This document shows, piece after piece, positions 12,501 to 24,206 of a DNA stretch of 64,000 nt. The DNA lies in NCBI RefSeq assembly GCF_029227915.1, contig NC_079879.1, forward strand, positions 27,379,095 through 27,443,094, in the 5' to 3' direction. The position numbers and the translations under genes are program-made. The stretch comes from Hydractinia symbiolongicarpus (taxonomy: Eukaryota). The notes beneath the pieces are model-generated. The model did not search any database. It saw nothing but the letters and a program-made list of their open reading frames with translations, and was not told where the DNA came from. How positions within the stretch are numbered: position 1 is the stretch's first letter; every line of letters starts with the position of its first letter.

Positions 12501-12589
12501 GTTTAGATCTAACACAGTCTAGATCAGATTGGAAGAGGGTCATTAATATACCCCGTCCAACCCATGCTAGCATGGAAAACGGACGTTAA
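9542..12589 (+). pseudogene. LINE APE-RT ORF, all three ORF-track pieces in the same frame; interrupted by one in-frame TAA (10304) and a compensating -1/+7 indel pair near 11310-11490
   Basis: 9542, 10433 and 11453 are all equal to 2 mod 3. Compared with the 37110 copy, there is a 1-bp deletion (gagaagcttttg vs gagaaagcttttg) and a 7-bp duplication (cacttatcacttagtga). Confidence 0.8.
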
Positions 12590-12595
12590 GCCGAG

Positions 12596-12626
12596 AATGA
12601 TGATGATGATGATGATGATGATATGT
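12596..12626 (+). repeat. (ATG)n microsatellite tail of the LINE
   Basis: aatgatgatgatgatgatgatgatgatatg immediately after the ORF stop. Confidence 0.9.
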
Positions 12627-13758
12627 GAGAGGTTTGGAAACCATTATGTTGAAAAAAATTATGAAGTTCATAACAGGCTCAGATAAAATGGTTGTTGATA
12701 CAGTAGAAAAAATTTTCATGCGACCAGAATTGAATTTTACTTGTAGACCAGTAACTCACACATGCACACCAAGCTTAGAACTTCCTTCAACTTATAATAA
12801 TTACTGCGAACTCAGTCAAGAATTCAGCAATATATTGCAGTCATCTGAATGGGAGATGGACATCATTTAAACTGATTTTGGATTCTTTCTATTTATTTAT
12901 TATTTATTTATTTAAAAATATTTATACAGGATGAGGACTTCAGTAATTTGCAAATTTGTACATAAATACAAAAAAACTGCTATCAATGTCCGTCCTGTCT
13001 GACAATAAAAATGGAAAAAAGCAGTAAAAACAGTAAAAACAGCAAAAACAATAAAAACAAACAAAAAATTGATCAACTAGAAATGCAACAGTATGCATAC
13101 AAGGTGTGAAGTGACTTCACATGGGAGCTAAATAAGACATAGGCATAGTTCAAAACATTATTCCCACTTAGCTAAACTTGAAGCAGACTGGACGGCACAG
13201 TGACTAAGATAGAAGCTGAGAGTGCACATCGCCCAATAGCTGGTATCGTCTATTAAGAGAGGTACCCTCTGAGCGCATTCATAAAAAAAGAGACATTTTA
13301 TCGATTTTTCGAATTTCAATTGGCAGTGAATTATACAGTTTACCCCCTGCAAAATAGAAACTCTGCCGGGCGATTTCTAGTTTAACACGAGGTAACCTGA
13401 CAATGCAGCCGTTATTTCGTGTGTCATTGTCATGGCTGACAAAATAATTGTCAAAATGTTCAGAGGTTAGTTCATTTAGTAGATTCTTGTTTTGTTGTTA
13501 TATTTGAACTGACAGACAATAGAGTTTCCAGTATTCTGTTTTGTTAACACTTTTTTTATACAATTTTGGAGAGGGATTTTAGGTGCAATAAAAAACTTTG
13601 TATCGATTTATTTTTATTGTGTTTTTTTATCAATTGTATGAATATCTAGGAAAATTGAAGAATGCCTAAAATTATGAAGGGGTCTGTTTCATACTTTGAT
13701 ATTAAACAGGTAATACTAAATTTGGATTAAAAAAAACATTTAAACAGTTAACTATGTT

Positions 13759-14870
13759 CTATGAATACTGTTCGATCTTTGATTGTAAGTACATGTAGAG
13801 ACGTAACGCATCTGAAACAACATTAGGAAAGTCCCATCCATTTTGTTGCATCAAAGTTTGTGTAAACTCCTTGAACTTGGGGGAAACATGTTCAACTGTG
13901 TTGTGGGTAACGCAGGGATAAAATTGTTCAATCCTATCAGCATCTACGTTTATTAGGCAATCAGTGGCATGATACAAATGTGGCAAGTAATACATTACAT
14001 CTGGTCTTCCACGAGGGCCAGAATTCCTACTCTTAGAAATAATGTGTGAATTCCACTCATCTTGAACAGTCTGCAACTCCTTGCAGATCAACGGCGTATG
14101 CGATCGACTAACACAGGATCCGAACTTGTAAAAACATTTAGGTTGGTCATATATCTGAAAAATGATTTCCACCAACCAATGCGATCACGCTGTAAGGTAG
14201 ACAAGTAGGACTCAATTTCTTTGATTTTCTGGGGAAGAGATAATACTAAAAAAGCCCAAGCTGTTTTGACTGTCAGTTGAACTATGTAAATAAACATGAA
14301 TTGGCTCAATCAAAGAATGTTTGGTACTGTCATCTCCCTTGATCTGACTTGGTATGCCTTCCAATTCCTTGATTGAGTCTAAATAAAATTTTGCTATGAT
14401 TTACAGGAGTTTATTGGAGGATCCCACTTCAAGCCAGTTTAATTTTCTCAAGAAGCCATCAATACAACCGTAGATCGAAACCCAAGAGGTTTCAATTTGT
14501 CATGACCGTCAATGTGCCATGCGTAATTGGGCCCTTCGCGAAACATATTTGCGTCTGTGAAGTCGTCGCTTTTTTCGAAGAAACACTCCTTCGGGGTTTA
14601 ACGATTTTATTATCAATCTTACGTCTTCGTGACGACAAATAATTGACCAGACAACACTGTTGCTCACATTCTACGATAACCTAAGATCGAACCACTACCA
14701 TACATCTCCTGCTGGATTGCTTGACCAAGTTCCTGATTTGAATTACGCTTTTCCTCTACAGCTCTACGTTTCAAGCCATGCTGTCTGAGTTTTCGTTTAA
14801 GATTCGATTAACTAATTTCAATCCTACGAACGTGTTTCAACAACCCAATTATTTCAGAATATGAAAAGCC
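13759..14870 (-). pseudogene. decayed copy of the HTH + rve integrase family found intact at 49668..51201 (multiple stops and frameshifts)
   Basis: Minus-strand translation gives ...GPNYAWHIDGHDKLKPLGF (compare [30 protein letters not shown]), QRDRIGWWKSF (compare NQRIERLWRDL) and SDPVLVDRIRRIPLICKELQTVQDEWNSH (compare LDPVNDVDLYALHSVFLPRINRACEKFVKQWNNH). Upstream, SLKRKLRQHGLKRR resembles the HTH segment. Confidence 0.5.
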
Positions 14871-15049
14871 TTTTACAAAATAGTCTCGGATGACATCCAT
14901 CCTTCCTCTTCAGCTCTTACTCAGATCATCTCTATTTGGCTTGATCAAGAATTTTCAAGTTTCAAGAACTGTAGATAGTTTCAAATATTTATGAAAAAAA
15001 TAAAATGTGTTATAAAAGTTCCAAAAACAATTTGAAGAAGTTTTTATAA

Positions 15050-15195
15050 GTTTTTATAGAAGTTTCAAAATTTTTTGTAGAAGTTCCAAAAACGTTTCTA
15101 AAACCTTAAGAGATTTTATAAAAGTTTTAATTTTTTGTATGGAAGTTTCAATTTTTTGTATAGAAGTTTCAATTTTTTGTATGGAAGTGTTCTCC
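15050..15195. repeat. minisatellite, ~22-bp unit (gaagtttcaattttttgtatRg) x ~5
   Basis: Direct reading of tandem copies at 15058-15190. Confidence 0.6.
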
Positions 15196-17889
15196 TTTAC
15201 ACAAGGGCTTACAAAAGTCAGAAAAATTATATAGCTTAGCAAATGTGACATAACATAAATTATCGTTACATATTTCTTAAAGGAAGAAAAACAAATCTAT
15301 ACACGGCCTGTCACAGTCAAACAGAATATATTGCATTATATAGATGAAACAACTTTTCCAAATTGGAATTCCATTAATAAAATAACCAGACAATTACCTT
15401 TTCTTGATAAAAACTTGAACAATTTTTTAACTTGACTGTGACTTGTACTTCTATGGTTCTGCTTTCCAGCTTTATAACTTCCAAAAACCTTTAGTGATTG
15501 CTCTTCTAGCTCAACATTTTGTGCAACATATGCACAGTCTCCAAGGACCCGTAAGTCCTCCAAACTACTAAGTTCTAACAATCTTGTTAAACGCCTGACA
15601 CACAAGGTAGAAAGAGGGTCTTCAGTCATCTTTGTTTTCTCTAAAAATGGTATCAAATATTTTGAGCAAGGGGTTGTTTTTTAGGAGAATTTAACCTATA
15701 CAACCAGTAAGAACTTTAAAACTCTGAATACGTGCTTTCTGTAACACATGCAAACATCTCCCTTAGAATAATAGAATGTGTTGTTATTCAATCTAACATT
15801 ATACTTTAGGCAGGTCAAAACCTGCAATAACATTAGCCTTCAACCCAAAGCAGTTTCAAAAGTAATTAATTATCAAACTTGAGAATCTGAGAACATGAAT
15901 AGCTCCCCAAATAAAGTATGCTACCAGGAGCTGATTCAGGTCAATTTGGACATCAGTATACTGATTTTGGAGGCATTTAATTTGGGCGCTAAAAGAGACA
16001 CGTAATTTTAATCAGCTTGAGAATTGCTTTATTTCTTATTATAATCACACAGAAGATATATTTTCTTGAAGAAACTTTGTTCTATGCTAAAAAAGAAGAC
16101 AATGCATATGCTAAAACCATGCATTTTTGTTTTCCTATTATTGTAAATACAATGCTCTGCAATTCAAAATCATTGTTATCAGAAATACAACAGACACACA
16201 AACAAAACAACTAAACCATCCACATAGATACATATGTAGCCTGTTTATTTTACGGAACTGGAACAACATGCAAACAAATTTTGTTTTGAAAAAAAGAAAA
16301 AGAAACTTCGAACCAACTTAACAGAAAGCAAAATCGGTAATTAAAAGTTTTAAAAAATCACAAATTTTTTTGTGAGAAAAAAAAATACGTCTTCAAAGTG
16401 AAATCCTTTGAGGTGCATTATTTTTAAAGTTGTACACAATCTCATTTAATTGTTTATCCATGGTGCCATCGTTCATAAATTTTTTATTTTGACTAGGAAT
16501 TATCAACAGTCTTATAGACACATTTTGAATTTCCAATTTCCAGGTAAGGCTGTTTAAGCCAATCTGGAGACCCCTGCAAAGTCTTGAAAAAAATTTCAAG
16601 GGCTATGGAAACCCAAAACTTTTTACTGATCTCACTGTATAATGTTACAACTTTTTACTACTCACTATATATAAGATAATAATAATATACATTTACCAAC
16701 AATCTACAGTTACGAGTATCCCGTAAATATATAAAGCCTAGAAATATTAAGTCATTTATATTTATACAATATATATACTATATGTTAACTATATCTGAGT
16801 ATGTTGGAGGGAGGCTACCAAAATAGCTAGAAGCTAGGGTTATGATAGTCACTGTGGACAAAAACAAACAGGGACAGGCCTAGGGAAACGCTGGGTTACA
16901 CAGACAAAGACAAAAAAAGTAGAGTGTGGTACAAACCATGTGACTATATATAGCAGGTTGCAAGAATATGTTTTTGGAAACTCTCTTTGAGCATAATAAA
17001 TGAGGCATCAAAGATATTATTATGAGGCATATGAGTTTGGAGGGTGTTCCATGAAATAATAGGTTGATGGCGATTTGATTTAGTATATAATTTACATAGT
17101 ATTTTTATCTCAGGAGGATATATAAAATGCAGAACTTAGTAATTAGCATATGCACACAAATATTTAAATAAACAAAAAAAAAACAAGATCAAAGAAAAAG
17201 CAGGTGACACAAGCAACTTTGACAATAAAATCAACAAAGTATATGTACCTTTCAAACATTAAAATTATTTGAAAAAATAAAATGCTTTTATTGTCACCTT
17301 TTTAATCCCAAGTGGTGTAAAAAAGAAAAAACATTTAAAGAGAATATGCACAACAAATCTGCACAATTGATTGATCAAAAATACACAATAATTGTCATTT
17401 GTGATGCATTAATGTAAGATCAAAAATATCATTTATCCAGACAGTCTTAATGAATATATACTGTCAACACAGAAACACTGGAAACGATGCTTGGGGTACA
17501 GGTGGGGTGTGTCTCTCTGAGCCTGCAGGATAACACACTTGTGCACGCCCTTGACATGTAAAACTGGATTTATCGTCCCTGGGTTCAATGGTCTTAGTTT
17601 TGTCAGGAAATACAAATAGCTACTCTTTTGTCCTGCAAATAGCTACTCTTTTGTCCTGCAAATATCCATTAAAGAGGAGCGTAATCTTAGAGAAGCTTAT
17701 TAATCTTTGTGCAAGTTTTTAAACTTAAATTGGTATACGTTTGTTTACATTTTTGCATCATAAGTCCAATTTTGTTGTTGGATATTCCAGTGAATCTAGC
17801 TAGCTGTTGGTACACCTAAAAGTAGATAGATGTGTATATTCTACATTGCTACCCTCACATACATTGAAAGATATACACTGTCTATTGCT

Positions 17890-17945
17890 TTGCAAGGGGC
17901 CATGGCTTAGATGGGGAGTCCTAGAGTATTCAATGCTTGTTATTA
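17890..17945 (-). mobile_element. short fragment of the tRNA-derived SINE family
   Basis: ggggccatggcttagatggggagtcctagagtattcaatgc matches the SINE body in reverse orientation. Confidence 0.4.
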
Positions 17946-18286
17946 GTTACGCAGAAAGTGATACCACATAGTAAAGTGAGAAACAATGAAAGAAATAAAA
18001 AAAAACAGGTTTTGGTTTGAAATTGCCCTGACATAAGCAATTAAGCCTTTTTAAGGCTATTTCACACCACCCCCCAAAAAATCCTAAATTCGCCCCTGGG
18101 GCAGTGAGCTGAGTAGATTCCTCTTAAGTACACCTATACCCTCCTAAAACCCATGTGGACACACATGTGCAGCAAGCAATGGAAAATAAAATAAGTTAAA
18201 AAAAACAATCCAATAAAAAATATTGGTTGATGGATTCCAGCGTGACCATATTTGTTTACTTTTCAACGGTAAGATCCTTGGTTCTG

Positions 18287-18540
18287 GCATTTGCGTAGCA
18301 GGAAAAAGTAAAAAGAGGTCTTTTATTGTGGATTTCTTCTAACGAAAACATTGTTGGGGGTTATAAACTATAATCGAGTATAGTCAACGCCTTCTGATTT
18401 ATTTAAATTCATTAAATGTCCTAAGAATGTCTTTGTGTGGACTGATAATTACTTTGCTTCACCTACACCACCCCATCTTTTTTCCTGCCAAGCAATTGCC
18501 AAAGCCGAAAGAGCTTACCGCTGAAAACGTAAACAACAGA
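18287..18540. mobile_element. MITE-like short dispersed repeat (GCATTTGCGTAGCAGGAAA ... TTTCCTGCCAAGCAATTGC ends); related copies 18880..18950 (partial) and 55189..55410
   Basis: Ends are inverted relative to each other. About 85% identity to the 55189..55410 copy, including the ...agcttaccRctgaaaaSgtaaaca extension. Confidence 0.4.
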
Positions 18541-19651
18541 ATTTATCTATGAGATGAGATTGCCAGTGGAATGGAAAATGATGGAAATAGCAGAGAATTA
18601 TCATTCACATAACTGCTTCTTAGACTCTCACCCTTGTGAGTCAATTAAATCCATGAAGTAAAGTGTGACAATAGCCCTTTTTAAATATTTACATTTTCCG
18701 CAGTAAGTCCTTCTGGCTCTAAGAACTGCGTGGCAGGTAGAAAGATTGAGAAGCTGGCTAAAGAAAGGTGTTTTTCAGCCTATCCGAGTGTAGATGGATA
18801 ACTTCTGATTGACATATATTTATATAAAGTCATAATAATACCTTAACAGACTAAAAGGAACCTCACTTCACCTAGCACCCACATCTTTTTGCCTGTCACG
18901 CCATTGTTAAAAGCGAAAAGGGCTTACAGCGGAAAATGTAAACATTAAAAAAGGTCTATAGGTTTTGCCCCCAACCTCTCTATAAAAAGTGGTACTTAAT
19001 GGTTGTTTAGGCTGTTTGACATTGCAGTCTGGTGTTACCTAAAAATGTACACAAGTCAAATTCACCTGCCCTTATTAAACAACGGAGACAAAACGGGACA
19101 GGTTGAATGGCTAAGGTATACGTTAAAATATCAGTGTTCATAATTCCTACTTAGAAAGGTATCAAAAATCTCGTACTATACTTTCAGAATAAAATATACT
19201 AATAGTTATACTATTATTTTAAACCTTGTTTGATAAAGCAGAAGATGCCAACGCCACTCAACATTTCTACTCCATTTCCGTTTTTATCAGAATTAAAAAT
19301 TCGCGCGCCTCGTACTTCGTTGGATCCAAACTGTCTGAGATATGCATTTATGTAAATACAATCCAGGGAGTCCGGTAAAACCACATAAACAACAACACGC
19401 TTTCACATGGCGTTCTGCACAAAATCAAGCTTTGATACAAAGTCTGGCAGCCTGTTTCTACTGCCGCACTTTAAAAAGATTTCCCCTACTAAGGTCATAA
19501 TTAACGCAGGTTATTATCTTTATACAATTTGATCAACAACATTCGAAATTGAATTTAATTCTTTTATAATTGCCTCAAAGAAGAGAGGGATATGTGAATA
19601 TTTAACATGGCTAGCCTAACAAATATCGTCAGATATAATCTATTACTTCCG

Positions 19652-19812
19652 GGAGGCATAGTTCCGATGAGGAGTCCTAGAGTCTTTAATGCTCATTTGA
19701 AGCTACCAGACCCAATTAAGTTCCGCAATTTACCAGACAACATCCAACGGCGCATACAGTGTACCATCTCCCCAATTTCCCTCACATGGCATGGGTTTGG
19801 GGCTGCACGTTT
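19652..19812 (-). mobile_element. internal fragment of the tRNA-derived SINE in inverted orientation, abutting full copy 19912..20283
   Basis: ggaggcatagttccgatgaggagtcctagagtctttaatgctcatttgaagct...ccaacggcgcatacagtgtaccatctcc is the reverse complement of SINE positions ~120-290. Confidence 0.5.
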
Positions 19813-19911
19813 TTCTTTTTTTTATAAGAAACGTGGCGAAGGGCCTAGTTCTAAAAGTTTCTTATTTTTAGGCTGAAATTCTTTGTTTTAGTTTCTTATT
19901 TAGTTTCTTGT

Positions 19912-20283
19912 GGCGCCGTAGATTAGTGGTTATAACTCTCGTACTCTGTGCGGTAGACCGGGGTTCAATTCCTCTTGACGGCGGTTCAACATGGCGAGTG
20001 AATGTTACCATAGCCCAGGGTTAACCCAAGCCATGTGAGGGAAATTAGGAAGATGGCACACTGTGTGGGCCGTTGGATGTTGCCGGGCGTTGTCTATTAA
20101 TAGAGCGCGGGCTCTAATTGGGTCTGCGTAGCTCAAAATGGGTCTGCGTAGCTCAAAATGAGCATTAAATACTCTAGGACTCTCCATCTACGACATGGCC
20201 CCTCCTGGAAATAATAGACAGGGTATATCCCTCGATATTTGTGAGGCTAGCCATGTAAAATATGCACATCTATCTATCTATCT
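19912..20283 (+). mobile_element. tRNA-derived SINE, full-length copy with (ATCT)n tail and internal 20-bp tandem duplication
   Basis: The head GGCGCCGTAGATTAGTGGTTATAACTCTCG...CCGGGGTTCAATTCC has A-box- and B-box-like motifs. The body is shared with copies at 27284 and 43226. The tail is catctatctatctatc. The duplication is gggtctgcgtagctcaaaat x2 (20121-20160). Confidence 0.8.
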
Positions 20284-20440
20284 TAATTTTCCTAGCAAAA
20301 TTAGGATTTTTTATGTCAAATAAATAGCTAGTTCTAAATGTTTCTTTAATTTTTGGACTAGTTGGTTTCAAAATAAAAAATATAAGCACACAACAGCACA
20401 AAATATAAACATACAACTCAAGAATATCAAAAACATAACC

Positions 20441-22183
20441 CTAGTCCACTAAAATCACGTCCATACTATTGAAGTCATCCAGTTTGAGGTAATCTTCTGA
20501 TTTGTCTGTGAAGAGGACACGGCACTCGTCCAATTTTGTGTTATACCATGTAATGTTTCCAACGTGCATCATAACAAACGGAGGCAATTCTGTTGACAAG
20601 TGGATGTTCACTGGTTTGGTCAACAGCAAGATCTACTCTCTCCTCTGGTATTGTTTCGAGTTCTTCAAGCTCACTCGTATTTTCGTCACCATCTTGTAGT
20701 TCAGCAGCTGGAGTTGGAATAACGGGATCCATTTCAACATGGATTGGTAATGGTGGGGTAACAACGTAGTTTGTTAATCCTTTAGGGCTTATTTTATCAT
20801 CTTCCGACCCATCCGCAGTGATTAGGCATCCTGTTTTCTTAAAACAACGGTATCTTTTTTTTGAATATTCATCACCAATTCGTTGTTTATAAGCATTACC
20901 AACCCAATGTGTAATGAGGATTCTTCGCTGCTTTACATCGAGCTTCTATCGCTGTTTCCTGTCCAGAGATCTATGTTTTCGTCTTCCTCTAGCCATTGTA
21001 CCTTCAAGCTACTGATTATCGTCTGCAACATCTTTCCAAACCCATTGTTAACAGGCTCCCGGCTCTCCAAACCAAACAATACCATTTATGGCACGAACTT
21101 CTCCCAGGAAGTCTTCGCTGATTGCACTTAAACTTTGGGGAGACGATGCGATTTTTTCATCCGCATGCAATGCGATTTTGTTGCATTGCACGCGGATAAA
21201 AAAATCGCATCGTGGAGCCGGGTAAAATGATGGGATTTTTTTCGTGCAATACTAAATTCTAAAACTAAAATCTATTTCATTCTTCTTTCTTCCTCATCTT
21301 CCTCGTCAAGTAAGAACGCAATGATAGCTGCTCTTTGCACAGCCATATCGAGTTAGTGAGTGAAGAAAGTGATAACTTTGTTGCATATAAATTGTTGCAC
21401 AGATGGCGAGACGAGAGCGACTTTATGATAAGCTTTTAGCTCATCATCGGTGATTCTTTTGCCCTTTCCATGGAATATAATGGCAATCTTTGTATTACCC
21501 GGCGAAAAACATATTTGTAAAGTACACTGTCTTTTATCAAGACCAGAACCAGGAGTTCTTACCTATGCTCTGTAGTCCCTTCGTTTAGAAGTAGGGCAGG
21601 GAGATCGTATGTTATACTTTTGTCAATTGCAAAAGGCAGTGGTCCTTTATAACATTTGCCGTCTGTCTGGTAGGAATCGACCCTATTTCGAATTATAGGT
21701 TGTTGAATTGCTCCTAGATTTAATAAGGCCCTCTCGGAATGTACTATGTCATGTCATGAATATAAGTAGGTACGCTGCCTTGTCAACTTTTTTTTTTTTT
21801 CGTTGAACTCTCCTTAATTTTATTCCATATTTACGAATAAAAGCGGTAATGGCACTTTTTGGCAAAGGTTTAGCATCTTTGTACGATTCTTTATTGAATT
21901 TGTTGGATACGGCCATGCAAATGAGATTCGAAAACCCTTTCTTCTCGCAGTTTCAAGTTTACGGTAAAGTTTTTCCGGATACAGCATCATGCTTTTTACT
22001 TGGTCGAATTTTTTTCAGAATCTTCAGACTGATTTGAACTGAGGCATCGCATATTTTAATATCTTGTTTCTTCCATTTTGAGACAAGCGATTTGTCTATG
22101 GAAAATTGAATAGCAATGTCCTGATCGGTGACTCTCTTTCTTTGCACGAATTGATCACACTCATCTTGAAACTGTTGTCGCAT
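20441..22183 (-). pseudogene. decayed pogo/Tigger-like (Tc1/mariner superfamily) transposase remnant
   Basis: The N-terminal CENP-B/psq-type HTH is RKRVTDQDIAIQFSIDKSLVSKWKKQDIKI (22183..21959). The middle is frame-broken and includes ...LPKSAITAFIRKYGIKLRRVQRKKK. The C-terminus has an acidic tail DPVIPTPAAELQDGDENTSELEELETIPEE, typical of pogo transposases. There are several stops and frameshifts. Confidence 0.45.
21143..21213. repeat. inverted repeat, ~31-bp arms with 9-bp spacer (potential hairpin)
   Basis: acgatgcgattttttcatccgcatgcaatgc / gattttgtt / gcattgcacgcggataaaaaaatcgcatcgt. Confidence 0.6.
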
Positions 22184-22873
22184 GACTGTCTTTCAGCAGC
22201 TCCTCTCCTTTTCTTTAATGTTGATAGTTTATAGATGGGGGTTCTTTTGTCACGTCATCCAAAACAATTTGGACTACTTTTTCAATTGGTTTTGTTTCAG
22301 TGAAACTTGTAGTTATGATTTTCTTACCATTGCAATTTTTATCGGTTGAAACCATCATTTTACACCAGGCTTTGTGCATAGTTAATCCTGCTTTTGTTTT
22401 GAAGTGTTTTTAGCAAATACATAAATAAATAGAACGCTTTTCTTCCGTAAACGAAGGTTCAGAAAGTTGAACACTATTACCACGATGTTTAACGTTTTTG
22501 GTAAGTCCAAACTTGAAGAGAGTAGCTTGCTTTATTTTCGCTAAAAATATCTGTTTTGAATGAAGTATGTAACAAATTTCCCGCCCACGATTGTCAAAAT
22601 AAAAACAAACATATGAACGAATTTGAATTCAACTCTGGTGTGTATTATTCCCATTGGGAACTTAGGTACAGTAACGTATAAAAACTAATTACTCCCTAGT
22701 GATGATTGTAACATCTTCCTCAATCAATTGTAAAAATTAATAAGAAACAAGTTTCTTATTTCAGAAATAGACATAGAATATAGTAGTAAACGATTCTTAA
22801 TTTTTAAAGATTCTACATGTAGGTTTCTTATAAACATGTTTCTTATAAAAAAAACAAAAAACGTGTATGTTAA

Positions 22874-22988
22874 CATTCACTCGCCAATATTAAATCGCCG
22901 TCCATATTAAATCGCCGTCAATATTAAATCGCCGTCAAGGGGAATCGAGGCCCGGTTTCCCGCACAAAGTTGAGAGAGCTACGGCGCT
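22874..22988 (-). mobile_element. 5' (tRNA-like head) fragment of the SINE with 17-bp triplication
   Basis: cattcactcgcc...(atattaaatcgccgtc)x3...aaggggaatcgaggcccggtttcccgcacaaagttgagagagctacggcgc. Confidence 0.45.
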
Positions 22989-24206
22989 TATTATTATTTG
23001 ATTTGTTAACTAGCAACAAAAACAATCAATTGGTTTTTTTTTTTCGGTTCGCTGATGAACCTTCCTGATTATGAATTGAACCTCCACCAAAAGAATTTTT
23101 AAAAATTGTTAAAAATAACATCTGTAGCATTAAATTATGAAACAATGAAAAACGATTTCTGCCATCAAAGTCTTCACGAAATGATTACAAATGTTGCATC
23201 ACGAGGTCAAGTGACAACAAGACAACACCACATAGATTGAAATTTGATTTTATTTTCGAGAATTTGAAATATCAAAAAAGTTAGTTAGTTAAGAACTCTT
23301 TAAATAAGGTGTCTTTTAACCCCTTTCGGTATCAATTAATGTTGTTTACAGCAAAGAAACACCTTAAACCTAAAATTGTATTCTATAAGAGCTGTACTTA
23401 ACTTTCGAAACCATCTTTTTTATTAACTATACATGTGTTTTGGTGAGCACTCTTGTCTTTAGGACTTCTTAATTTTAATATATTATGAAAAACCAACTCT
23501 TTTGTCTCTGCACTGCAAAATGCAAATTGTCAGAACTTTCGGTATGTAAATCCGTTAGCTAAAAACAAAAAAAGTCCTGGGAACAAAGTTGGGGAGAGAG
23601 CCTTGACCCTCGTCGTACATATGACGAAGTTGACCGGTGATGGGGGGTTAAGAAGTAGTGTGAGAATGCACAACGCCATGTAAAAGCAGTGTATATAAAC
23701 ATAGTCATAAGAAAAAATATGCCTTATTCCATGAAATTAACGCGGTTTTTTTAAATTTGCGTTCATTTAACGACCGTTAATTAAATACAGTGTTAATTTA
23801 AAGATTGTTATTCTACGACTCGTTAATTATTATAATACTGTTATTGGCGACTTTTTTTAAAAAAAATTTATAAAAGCCTAAAAAACATAAAAATACAATT
23901 TTTCTTAAAAAAATTTCTAATATTTCCTTTTCATAGGACGATAACTCAACGATGTTCTCTTTTTCACCGATCTTTTTTTAAAAAGCTTTTCTATCATCAT
24001 CATACTCTGATCCAAGTGGTAAATTAACTAAAAGCACTTTTTCTTTCAAATTTTTTGAATGTTTAACATTGTCTTTCCAAACAACGAAAACTTTCATTGA
24101 TTTTAGCCAGCGAAGGCGGAATCTTTAAAATCGCCTGAGGAGATAGATATAGAGATAGAGAGACAGATAGAGACAGCGCAGCTAGGCTGGACGCCCAAAA
24201 CTTATT

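Larger units (their letters stand above)
9175..12628 (+). mobile_element. near-full-length non-LTR retrotransposon (single ORF: AP-endonuclease + reverse transcriptase + PHD-like Zn finger; RTE-like architecture) with (ATG)n 3' tail
   Basis: The N-terminal ORF has EEP/APE motifs (VGTLRG..., GGDFNGHVG, QIDYFLV). The RT has FGFVPGRGTTDAIF, FAFVDLEK and YADDLVLIA. It is followed by WPCGVCRKG...CQTCKHWVHKKC and a C-terminal ...LGHLERMEE...RGRPRKTW block. It ends in (atg)8-9 at 12596..12626. A second copy of the family lies at 37110..37895. Confidence 0.8.

Noticed and set aside
12625-12870. 81-aa ORF just downstream of the LINE tail
   Set aside because: It starts inside or after the (ATG)n tail, is low complexity, and has no domain. 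It is probably spurious.
15336-15656. 106-aa minus-strand ORF (…LTRLLELSSLEDLRVLGDCAYVAQNVELEEQSLKVFGSYKAGKQ…)
   Set aside because: It looks protein-like but is isolated. I could not link it to splice sites or a known domain. It may be an exon or a transposon relic, and I give it no confident call.
19912-19990. tRNA-like sequences (also at 27284 and 43500) that a tRNA scanner might call as tRNA genes or pseudogenes
   Set aside because: They are the heads of SINE copies: they continue into a shared ~290-bp body and an (ATCT)n tail. The acceptor-stem pairing is poor.
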